A DNA stretch of 64,000 bases from Ostreococcus lucimarinus. Its lineage: Eukaryota. Below the pieces are notes generated by a model. The model was not told where the DNA came from. It was given only the letters and a program-made list of their open reading frames with translations, and ran no database searches. Below, piece by piece: positions 8,923 through 18,500 of the stretch (within the stretch, counting starts at the first letter, position 1; each line of letters starts with the position of its first letter). A program made the translations under genes and the position numbers. The stretch lies in assembly GCA_000092065.1 (NCBI GenBank), contig CP000584.1, one strand, 5' to 3'.

Positions 8923-9081
8923 TCGACGACCGTTTGGCCGCGGGACGCGACGTCGCCGCCCGCGCGAGCCGCACGCGTCGACGCGCGCGTCGCGCACGCC
9001 GCGCGCGCGAACGCACGCGAAACGCGGACGCGCGCGCGATCGACGCGCTCGGACGCCCGTTCGGTGCGGCGCGCGCGCGCG

Positions 9082-12000
9082 ATGCGGCGCCGTTTCGACG
9101 ACGAAGCCGCGGGGTGCGCGCGAAGATGCGAACGCGCGCGCGGGCGAACGCGCGGCGCGCGGTGGTCGCGCGGCGCCGCGGTGGCGATGCTCGTCGTCGT
9201 CGCGCGCGTCGTCGTCGCGCAGCGCGTTGAACCGATGAAGGCGCCGACGGTGACGTGGTTGGAACCGCCCAAGGGGCACGTCGCGGGCGGGACGACGCTC
9301 GCGGTGTACGGCGGCGGTTTCCTAAACTCGGCGCGGTTGAAGGTGAGGTTCGCGAGGGGCGAGGAGACGACGGAAGCGTACGCGACGTATCACTCGTCGA
9401 CGATGATCACGGTTGTGACGCCCGCGCGCGTCGGCGCGGGATGGACGCAAGTCACGGTGGCGAACGACGGGGAGACGTGGAGCGGGACGCCGAACGTGTA
9501 CACAAAGGGATCTGGGACGTTTTTGGCGTACGTCTACGACGATTCGTTGGCTGGATTTTACGATGGCGTGCGACAAGGGGAGAATACGAACGCGTATCAC
9601 GAGTTGTGGAGCGCGAGTAACACGACGGGGCCGTACATCGGCGGTACCATCGTGCGCGTCTACGCGCGCAACTTGGATTTGGGCTCGAATACGTTGTCGT
9701 CAAGCGCTACGTACGTAGGCCCGACAGACGGCGCGGGGTCGCCGAATCCGAACTTTCCAGACCCTAATGCGGTGATGAATAGTCCGCCGGTGCATGGGAC
9801 GTTCTATCCGGGCTCGAAGTTGACGTGCAGGATGACGTGCAACATCGATGTAAATCAAGACTCCAGCATCGCTAGCGACGGGTCGGAAACCTTTGTCACG
9901 GCGCAACCAGCAATTTGGCATAGCTACACGTCGGTTGAGTGCGAAACACCACCGATGCCGGTGCCAGTGGGCGATCCGATTCCGTCGACGGCGTGCCACA
10001 TGCACATCTCCAACGATGGGATCAACTACGATTACGCCAACGTTACATTTACGTACGCGGATCCGTTGCCGACAGTGACTAGCATTAGCACGGCGCAGTC
10101 TTCGGTTTGGGGCGCTCGAGGCCCTTTTGATGGAAACACCGAAGTCATCGTCAAGGGAACGAACTTCCTTCCTAGCAAGTATCTCAAATGCAAATTTGGG
10201 GGTATACCGGAGAGCGGTAAAAATTTATGGGAAAGCGACGACGTGTCGCACGTCGTCGGCACGCCCGGCGGACGTGTTCGGTGGGTTTCGAGCACGGAAA
10301 TTCGTTGTATAACCCCGGAGTTCGGTCCTGCGTCACAACAACGTCAATATCCAGCTGGTTCGACGTTAGCGGCCTCCATCGGGTGTTGCGCCGTGCTAGA
10401 TGTCACCTTTGATGCCAACAACGGCATTTCGTCCACCGTCACCATAGTCGACGGCGGGCGAGGCTACGCCACCGCGCCGGTGCTGACAATAATCGGTGGT
10501 GGAGGAGGGGGTGCGACGGCGACAGCGACCATAGACTCGAGCGGAGTCGTCAACGCGGTGACGATCACGAACGCGGGGCACTCTTATAATCAGGGCTCTG
10601 GCGCCACCGCCACGGCGACGCTCGACGCCTCTGGTGGAACGTTGAGCGCGCTTACGCTCACGGCTGCGGGAAGCGGTTACACCGTGCCGCCTGACGTGAC
10701 GTTTTCGTGTAGCGGCGGGGGTGACTCGTGTCTGGGTACGCATATGCAGCACGCTCGTGCTGTGGCAACTCTAGGTCCCGCCGCCAATTGTTTCCCCGAG
10801 TATGGATGCTACGACAAAGTTGTCGTATCGCTGCGACTGACGTTCGTCGGTAATACGTACACTTCCGCGCCTGTGGTTACGATATCACCTCAAAAGCCGT
10901 ACGTCTTGGTGCAGGCGAATGAACTTTTCACATCGGCGAATGATCCCCCGTCGATTGGGGCGTACACCATGCAAGGGAAAGGGGAAACCGAGCTCGATCC
11001 GCAGCTCTCGCACGGCTCGTGGGTGGACGACGGAAGCGGAGGGCGAATTTACAACGTCACCGACGCGCCTTACGACGTTGTCGCGGTCTCGGGTGTACCA
11101 GGAGCGAATCCTGGGCGACGTCTGTACGCGGTCAATCAATATAGTCAGAATAGCCCGGAAGATCGCGGTGATCTTCTCGCACCGCTGGGCCAAGCGGGAA
11201 GCGATGGGTCGATTAAACCGGCGCACCAGGATCTCGTACAAGTGAGCAACAATTACAACAAGTTCGGCGTTCCTGTGATCGGTAACGCGGCTGCAACGCC
11301 CACGCACGTTGGATATCGCGACAACACCGCAGCGGTAAAGGGATATTGGATGTGGAGTCGCAGTACGGGCTCAGCGAGCGATTGCCAAGTTTCCAACAAT
11401 CCGCCGTTGAACTTTTATGATGGCACAACGCTTATGGGACATAACCTCGATAAAGGCACGGGGTGGGTCGTCGCTGGCTCCTCAAACGAGTACTTGGGCA
11501 TTCCTGGAAACTCCGACTTGGGTCATCCGTCGAAATCGTGCTTGTACTTTTTGTACGGCGACATTTACGTATCGCCGTCGGGGAGCGACGCAACCGGACA
11601 AGGCACCGCGGCAAGACCGTACGCCACGATTCAAAAGTGCATCGATTCGGCGTTGACAGACGTGCGTGATTATCACGTGAACGCCGTCGGTGAGTCAAAC
11701 CCGAGCGTGCCCGCGAGGATATCGACGCAAATCACTAAATTCAACGCTGGGCGCTCGCAAAAGCGCGATGGAGGCGGCGGCTACGCGTACACTGTGAATC
11801 GCGATCGTTGCATCCTGAAAGACGGCACGTACTTCGGCCCGGGCAATCGACAACTTCGTGCCAACGGTCGCGTCATCCAGCTATGGGCAGAAAACGAGGA
11901 GCGAGCCGTCATCGACTGCGAAGGCTTCCCCGTGGGCAAGCAAGTCTACGCCAAGCGCGAGCCGACGCGCGTGAGCGCGCCGGGTTCGATCGCCACCCAG

Positions 12001-12084
12001 GGCGTCGTGCTCAAGCGATGCGGATTCAAGATGCCTTACGCCGCGGCGGATAAATTATTTTACCCCGGTCGTCCGACGACGTGA
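9082..12084 (+). CDS. Large secreted protein with IPT/TIG domains, GxGY/GGGG repeats and a beta-helix N-cap-like C-terminal segment
   Basis: A hydrophobic leader (AAVAMLVVVARVVVA) is present; the alternative ATG is at 9187. IPT/TIG-like segments are PTVTWLEPPKGHVAGGTTLAVYGGGF and PTVTSISTA..TEVIVKGTNFLPSKYLKCKFGG. The GxGY repeat reads GGRGYATAPVLTIIGGGGGGATATA...AGSGYTVPPDVTFS. YVSPSGSDATGQGTAARPYATIQKCIDSA resembles the start of right-handed beta-helix proteins. The 5' 940 nt of track ORF 8143..12084 is shadow. Confidence 0.75.
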   Translation: MRRRFDDEAAGCARRCERARGRTRGARWSRGAAVAMLVVVARVVVAQRVEPMKAPTVTWLEPPKGHVAGGTTLAVYGGGFLNSARLKVRFARGEETTEAYATYHSSTMITVVTPARVGAGWTQVTVANDGETWSGTPNVYTKGSGTFLAYVYDDSLAGFYDGVRQGENTNAYHELWSASNTTGPYIGGTIVRVYARNLDLGSNTLSSSATYVGPTDGAGSPNPNFPDPNAVMNSPPVHGTFYPGSKLTCRMTCNIDVNQDSSIASDGSETFVTAQPAIWHSYTSVECETPPMPVPVGDPIPSTACHMHISNDGINYDYANVTFTYADPLPTVTSISTAQSSVWGARGPFDGNTEVIVKGTNFLPSKYLKCKFGGIPESGKNLWESDDVSHVVGTPGGRVRWVSSTEIRCITPEFGPASQQRQYPAGSTLAASIGCCAVLDVTFDANNGISSTVTIVDGGRGYATAPVLTIIGGGGGGATATATIDSSGVVNAVTITNAGHSYNQGSGATATATLDASGGTLSALTLTAAGSGYTVPPDVTFSCSGGGDSCLGTHMQHARAVATLGPAANCFPEYGCYDKVVVSLRLTFVGNTYTSAPVVTISPQKPYVLVQANELFTSANDPPSIGAYTMQGKGETELDPQLSHGSWVDDGSGGRIYNVTDAPYDVVAVSGVPGANPGRRLYAVNQYSQNSPEDRGDLLAPLGQAGSDGSIKPAHQDLVQVSNNYNKFGVPVIGNAAATPTHVGYRDNTAAVKGYWMWSRSTGSASDCQVSNNPPLNFYDGTTLMGHNLDKGTGWVVAGSSNEYLGIPGNSDLGHPSKSCLYFLYGDIYVSPSGSDATGQGTAARPYATIQKCIDSALTDVRDYHVNAVGESNPSVPARISTQITKFNAGRSQKRDGGGGYAYTVNRDRCILKDGTYFGPGNRQLRANGRVIQLWAENEERAVIDCEGFPVGKQVYAKREPTRVSAPGSIATQGVVLKRCGFKMPYAAADKLFYPGRPTT

Positions 12085-12198
12085 TCAAACGCGCGCGCAA
12101 CGCGATAAAACAATCATTTGAATTTGATATTACACCCGCCGTGTCAGTCAGCCGCCGCGCGAGGCGCCCTCGCTCGGCGCCGTCCTCGACGACCGCCT

Positions 12199-12429
12199 TC
12201 AACTCCCCATCGGCCCTTTCCCCCCCTTGCTCTGCTCAAACACGCTCTTCGACAAGTCCTGCGCCGCCTGTTGCGCCCGTCGCGCCATCTCCGCCGCGTC
12301 CGTCGCCGCCGCCTCCTTCATCAGCGCGTCCGACTTCACCGCGAAGCGCTGAAACGTCCTCGAGTTCGCCAGCGCGTTCACCATGAGTTCGTTGAACACG
12401 TACGAGAACAATCTATTGACGAAACTCAT
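12199..12429 (-). CDS. Small conserved-looking protein, 76 aa (hypothetical)
   Basis: ATG at 12429. MSFVNRLFSYVFNELMVNALANSRTFQRFAVKSDALMKEAA... has balanced, non-shadow composition. It is convergent with the IPT/TIG gene. Confidence 0.55.
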   Translation of the reverse strand: MSFVNRLFSYVFNELMVNALANSRTFQRFAVKSDALMKEAAATDAAEMARRAQQAAQDLSKSVFEQSKGGKGPMGS

Positions 12430-12619
12430 CGCGTCCGCGCGTCGCGCGCGTCGTCGAGCGTGCGCGTGCGCGAGTCACGCGTCGGCGCGCGCCGTCGAAT
12501 GACGTCGAAGGTTCGTCGGGTCGGGTCGATCGCACACTCGCGCGCGCGACGACGCGCACAGAAGGACGCGCGACGCGCGCGACGCACGGTAGTCGAGCGC
12601 ACTCGAGCGCGCGCGCGTC

Positions 12620-13228
12620 ATGATGCGCGGTGGACCGTTTAAACTCCAGAACGCCGACCCCGAGGCGGCGGCGACGGAGAAAATGAAGAAGGAAGCCATC
12701 GCGCGCGTGAAATCGTGGGTCGAGGCGCGCCTGCCGAGTGAACACCTGACGAATCGCGATGCGGTGGTGGACGTGAGCGAGGTGCAGTGCGGGGACCCGA
12801 ATTGCGCGCCGATCGACGCGGTGGTGAGGATCATTTACAGGGAGTCGTGCGGGACGATCTTCGGAATTCCGTGCGAAGTGCAAGACGTGGAGGAGGAAGA
12901 CATCGAATCGCAGATGCCGCCGCCGGGAGTGATCGAGGATTGGTATCTGGGGAAGCCGACGCCGTGGCCGCCGGAACCGGAACCGCAGGAGCCGGGACCG
13001 GTGCCGACGGACGCGTTGCGGTTCGCGGTGGGCGACCGCGTACGGTGCCGCATCGGACCGGGCGAAGATGGATGGGCCGCGGGGACGGTCGTCGCGCATT
13101 GGTATCGCGGAAGCACGTGGCCGACGGGACAGTACGCACCGTATCAAGTGCAGCTCGATCGTAAGGATATGGGCAGTGGTTTGATTTTCGCGCCGTACGA
13201 CAACGATCAGTGCGTGATGAAGGAATAA
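12620..13228 (+). CDS. Hypothetical protein, 202 aa
   Basis: ATG ATG at 12620. Codon usage looks coding. The C-terminal segment is RFAVGDRVRCRIGPGEDGWAAGTVVAHWYRGSTWPTGQYAPYQVQLD...LIFAPYDNDQCV. No family was named by eye. Confidence 0.6.
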   Translation: MMRGGPFKLQNADPEAAATEKMKKEAIARVKSWVEARLPSEHLTNRDAVVDVSEVQCGDPNCAPIDAVVRIIYRESCGTIFGIPCEVQDVEEEDIESQMPPPGVIEDWYLGKPTPWPPEPEPQEPGPVPTDALRFAVGDRVRCRIGPGEDGWAAGTVVAHWYRGSTWPTGQYAPYQVQLDRKDMGSGLIFAPYDNDQCVMKE

Positions 13229-14022
13229 GCACATCGACGGCGCCGCCTTCTCGATCGGCCATCGCCGAGGGTCTCGCGAACGAATAGCACGAGTATCACA
13301 ATCGAACCCTCGATAACACCAGTCAGAAGAAGCGAACGACCGAACGTATTGCCCCGCTAGTTTTAATCACACATCCGACTTTAACCAAGCGACGCGTCTT
13401 GTCAAGTCGAGCGCGCGAGAAAGCGCCCGCCGCAATGCGCGCCTCGACCCACGTCGCATGCTCACCAGCCTACATTGCATCGTCGATGCGGGTCGTTCAC
13501 ATCGCATCGCGCGCGCGCGCGACCGCGACTGCGTCGACCGCGGCGTTGCCACGCGCGTGAAATCGTTCCGAGGCGTTGCGAGACGAATCGTTTCGTCTGG
13601 CGAGCGCTTTTACGCGACCGAACGTTCCTTCAAGCGACCGCAACCGAGCCGTTTTGTGCTCCATCCCACGTCGGCGATCGTGTATGATCGTAAACTCGCG
13701 AAGAACGCGCGACTGACGCCGTGCGAGAAACGTCTCGACGACGTCAATGCCGCCGCGAATCTACTCCTCGCGGTATCGTGGTACAACGCGTCGCGATCGT
13801 ATGCGGAGTGGCGAGCGAGTGAGGCGGGCAAGACAAACTGAGTGCGACGTCGAGCGAATTGAGTGCGACGTCCATCGTTTTAGCGCACGCGCTTCGCCAT
13901 CGCCGAATCCAGACGAACGAAGTAGGGCGCCGCGCTAGCGAAATGTTGTGCCGAGAATACCAACAGACACTGCACGACGCACGACGCACAACGCACAACG
14001 CACGACATAACGCGACGCACCG

Positions 14023-15318
14023 ATGCTCGCCCGACCAATCGTCGTCACGGCGTCGCGAACACAAGCTAATACGCACGCTCATTCGCTGCGTGCTCGCGTT
14101 GCATTCCCGCGAAACTCGCGCGTCGTCAAGTTGAGAAAGCCTCCCCGCGGCGCCGCGCACGTCTGCACGAGTCCGGCGCGGCCGAGAGTGATGGTTGTCC
14201 ATGCGGATCCAGACGACGTGCGAACGACAGAACCCGAGGCAGAGGTCGAAGACGCCACGGACACTTCCGTCGAAGACGCGACGAAAGAAGTCGAAGCTGA
14301 GGTCGTCGAACCTCACCGAGTGATGACACCCGAGGCCATCGAGACGAAGAAGGCAGACGTGGACTCGGACGACGAAGCGCTGGCGGAAATGACGCGCGTG
14401 TTGCAAACTTCTTTGAGTCCGCGCGCCGCGGCGCTCATCGCGAAGGGCTTTGTTGATCTAGGAGTGGAGTCACCGAGAGATTTGCGCCGCGCTGTGGCGA
14501 AACGATCGAGCGCGATGATTGGCATCGAAGCGCTCGCAACGATCTTCAACGGATTGATGTGTTTCAGTTTGTTCTCGCTCGCAGCCGCGGCTCAGTTCTC
14601 CGACTTCTTCATACCGAGCTTCTGGAATTACGTCGTGACGTTGTTAGGCATGGTTGGTGCCGCAATCTTCGCAGTCGAGGCGGGCGCGCATCTCTTCATC
14701 ACCGCCGTCTACGTGTACAGCACGATTCGATTCGAGACGACTGATTTGAGAAAGTTCGTGCAATCCATGCAACGGATCGGCGATAACGATCACATCATCG
14801 GTGTCGTACCGCAATCGTCAACCATCAAGCGCGCGTCCACGCTCGTTCACGTCGTGAACGTGTTGAATAACCTTCGCGACGCGTTGCATTCCGAAGCCGA
14901 AATCATCACGCCGACGCACAAGAGCACTTTGCACAACTTGGCGGCGTACTTCGAGTACTCCAACGCTCAAGCGAAGCAAGGTTTCAAACCAGAGGACTAT
15001 GGGCTTGACTCGAAACAGTGCATGGCAATTGCCTCTCTGTTTTCTGAATGGGACACTGACGGAAGCGGAACGCTGCGCAGCGAGGAGCTCTCAAAGCTCC
15101 TTCGCTCGCTCGGCGACGACACGATCAATGACATGGACGTCAACATGGCCATGCGCATCCTCGACAAGAACGAGACCGGTGAGATCGACTTCGGTGAATT
15201 CGTCAAGTGGTACAAGGACGGCGTCAAGCTTCCCGATACGATGACTGCGAGCAAATCGGGCGCCGACGACCTCGAAGACATCGACCCCAACACGCGCATC
15301 GACGAAATCACCGGCTGA
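14023..15318 (+). CDS. EF-hand calcium-binding membrane protein with organelle-type N-terminal presequence
   Basis: The EF-hand pair is EWDTDGSGTLRSEELSKLL and LDKNETGEIDFGEFVKWY. Two hydrophobic spans are present (LMCFSLFSLAAAAQF, VVTLLGMVGAAIFAVEAGAHLFITAVYVY). The N-terminus is rich in S/T/R/A. Confidence 0.75.
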   Translation: MLARPIVVTASRTQANTHAHSLRARVAFPRNSRVVKLRKPPRGAAHVCTSPARPRVMVVHADPDDVRTTEPEAEVEDATDTSVEDATKEVEAEVVEPHRVMTPEAIETKKADVDSDDEALAEMTRVLQTSLSPRAAALIAKGFVDLGVESPRDLRRAVAKRSSAMIGIEALATIFNGLMCFSLFSLAAAAQFSDFFIPSFWNYVVTLLGMVGAAIFAVEAGAHLFITAVYVYSTIRFETTDLRKFVQSMQRIGDNDHIIGVVPQSSTIKRASTLVHVVNVLNNLRDALHSEAEIITPTHKSTLHNLAAYFEYSNAQAKQGFKPEDYGLDSKQCMAIASLFSEWDTDGSGTLRSEELSKLLRSLGDDTINDMDVNMAMRILDKNETGEIDFGEFVKWYKDGVKLPDTMTASKSGADDLEDIDPNTRIDEITG

Positions 15319-15587
15319 TTTGGACGCGAGCCGGCGACTTCGATTTCACCTTCTCTACCCACCTTTATCACGTTTACCGACACAGCGACGATTTTCAATA
15401 CTCTACGACCAACGACCTTTCCATCCGCCAACTGTCGCCTCGGCGTCTTCACAGAGATGGCCTCACACGGACGCTCGCTTCACCTCGCGCGGTCGCGCCG
15501 ACGTCGCACGACTTGAGCGACGTCGAGTAGTGTGTACTCGCGGACGAGCGCGCGTCCGTCGCTCCGCCGCGGCCGCGCGCGCGCGCG

Positions 15588-18500
15588 ATGAACTTTATTC
15601 GCCGTTTCGCCAACTCGAGTAATCCGACGCTCGACGCGCGCGACGCGACGCCACCATCGACGTCCGCGCCCGATGCGGCGGGCGCCCGCGTCGAGCTTCG
15701 ATCCGCCGAGACGATCGACGTCCCGCGCGTGATGAATTCGATGTTTGACGAGGGCAGGGACGGGGATTTGGTGTTTTCGTGGCAGTTGATGTCGGGCACC
15801 GCGAATGCGGGCGAAAGCAGCAGACGCGAAGCGACGAACGCGTTCTTCGACGCGTTTTCGGAGACGTACGCGCGGTGGGAACCGGCAAGGGCTAGGGGTG
15901 CAGATGAAGGGGACGATTCAGACGTCGGGTGCGCGGTCGCGCATCCTCGCGCGGTGACGCTCGCGGCGGTGGAGGACGCCGCGGGTCTGGGGGAACGGTT
16001 GGAGCGTGCGCTCACGGGCACTGTCGACGTCGGTGGAATCGAGCAGAGGATGGCGAGCATTGGTGTAGAAACCTTTCGAGCTCTGGAGATTATGTCGAGG
16101 TCGGCGCACAACAGAGTGTTCATGGAGCAGTGCGGGGCGAGTCGCGCGTTGGCAAACGCGTGCAAAACGTGCGCGCAGCGAATGTTGACGTTCAGCGCGG
16201 GGGCGGCGTCGGCTTCAAAAGAAAATTCAATCGAGGCTGGAGCGCTGTTGGAAGCGTTGCAGCACGTCGTGGAGCACGCGGTGAATGTGATTGATTCTTT
16301 CTTGGGCGACGCTTGGGCACTTCGTTCGTTCAACGAAAACGGCGCTTTGTTGGCTTTAATTGAAGTATTACGTGCGGAAAAAGTGGTCGTTGGTCGTGTC
16401 CACGGTGACGTCCGTAAGATGGCAATTTCAATAGAGCGAATGGCCATGCGCGCGATCGGGCGCGTCATGCACGGCGATGCCGCCGTACAAAAGAGCATAG
16501 CAGGAGCAGGAGGCTTGGATATTTTTTTTGAAGGCGTGTACCCAATCGAGGCTGACGTCAGCGTCGATATCGCGGGGTTCGAGACGTCGCTCATGAATCT
16601 CGAAATATCGCACACGCTACTTGCTGGTAATAAGTCCAACGTTGAGCGCGCTCAAGGCATTGGTTTGTTTACGCGAGTGGCCCGTCTGATGCGCGCGGCG
16701 AATGATTTGAGCGAAACACTCGTCTCAGATGAGGCGAGCACGTCAACGACGGAAGGCGAAGTCGCTGGTGTTCCATGGAGCGCGCAGCTCTTAGACGACT
16801 CCCTACGTTGTCATGAAGTCATCATCACGGACGGATATCCTAGTGAGGTGATTAAGAGACTGTTGAAATTCGTCCATCAAGACACCAGCGCCGCTGGCGG
16901 TTGGGCAAGTAAAGGAGCGAGGGAAATGATCTTAAAATGTCTCTTCGATTCGATTATTGAAGCGTGCTCGAGTTCAAAAGAGTCATTCAAGAGCGATTCA
17001 GAGTGTGTGAGATTTAGAGCACACGTGTTACGCTTTTTTAGTGACGCCATCGATATAGATCCCGCGGTCTTGCGCGTGATGCGTCAAGCACGCGCGTGGG
17101 ACATGTTGTTAGACGCCGATACGTACGGCGCAATTCCTTCAGTGGATCACAAAAATGAATATGAATCGGTGTCAGAGAGCACGACGTCGATCTTACGGCG
17201 TCGTGTACAAATTCAAACCGCGGCGTTACTTCTCAAAGCTTGTCAAATTGCCGCCGAATTGTCTGATTGTGTGGACGAATGCAACGTTCTGATCGGCACC
17301 ATCACGACGAGAGCAATACAGCCGTCGGTTGCGATTCGGCTTTGTCGCGTTCTAGAGCTTCTGCTAATCGATTCGTCGCACAGTGTGTGTAAAGCGTTAT
17401 CCGAGGTGGAAGCTCCAGGTCGACTTGCGGGGGCGTTGAACGCGCAATTGAAATGCTGGGGGTGTGACCAGGTAGCGTTCATCGGTGAAGTAGGAGCGAC
17501 AGCGAACTCCGCTGCTTTTGGTTCTACACTAAGCGCACTGAGGGCGTGTCTGAATGGTCCGGACGTGCTCGCGGCGTCGGCACTCAACAACGATGGTGTT
17601 TCTGACTTGATTTTCAACGAGCTTTTGTGGACAAACACGACTCGCGATTTAGCCATATCGGCCGTCGTATCTTTGGTGGGGTTGCGTCTGCACGCTCCAT
17701 CACCTCACGCCAGCGGCGCGCATCGTGAAGCATGGTCAAGCGTGGCGCGCCGATTCATCCAGGCCCTTCCCCGTGCACGAGGTACCGATATCACGTTGTT
17801 ATCGGCGATGCTTTCTGGGTTGCGTCAAATGTTGAACAATCCAAACGGCTCCGGAGACAGTCTGCGAGAATGGATATCGTCTGAAGACGGCGCAGAGTTT
17901 GTACAAATCGTTGCGCTTTGCGATGGTGACGCTGGTGAAGAGGTTGGGTTGGATGTCATAGCGACGTTACAGGCAGTGATCTCTAACTCGCATTCGTCAG
18001 CCTCAACGTTTGAGCGCTCAGTTGGATACGACACATTGATTGACGCCATACAGTGCGCTCGCGGCGCGGGTCCAGTATCCAAACCTCTGTTCGACGCCCT
18101 CATGAGCTTTGTTATTGATGACGACTATGGCACAGGGGGCGAGTCCAGCGGCATCGCTTTGCGGAACGCTAAGGCGCTACAAATGCTGCTCACTCTGATA
18201 GGAAACCTCGGCGCGTCTGACGAGTTAAAGGATGAGCTTCTCAAGGCTTTTAAGCAGATGTTGTCAGCGTCTGTGACGTCAAAAGCCACCGCAGATGCGG
18301 CTGGTGTTTTAGACTTCTGTCTTCAATGGTACGTGGATGCGAATCGCCGGCAAGCAGTACTCGAAGTCATCGCGCTTTGCAGCTCGTTTTCAATGTCCAC
18401 CAAGCACGTGCGTCAAATATTCCGTCTGTTGCAGGGCGACTCCATTTCAGCGGACGATCAATTGCAGCTGCTCCGGGTCCTACAGCACTCCGCAAAGCGA

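Noticed and set aside
8143-9081. 5' third of the 1313-aa track ORF 8143..12084, and the 43498..44307 part of ORF 43498..45387
   Set aside because: These portions overlap the WD40 gene and the adenylate kinase gene in antisense and are Arg-rich. The real proteins start at internal ATGs (9082 or 9187, and 44308).
13706-13717. ACTGACG branch-motif look-alike suggesting an intron in the unassigned gap
   Set aside because: There is no GTGCG donor upstream in a sensible position. The first AG follows after only about 11 nt, unlike the 24-34 nt spacing of the supported introns. ACTGAC also occurs by chance inside coding sequence (for example 15055 and 20700).
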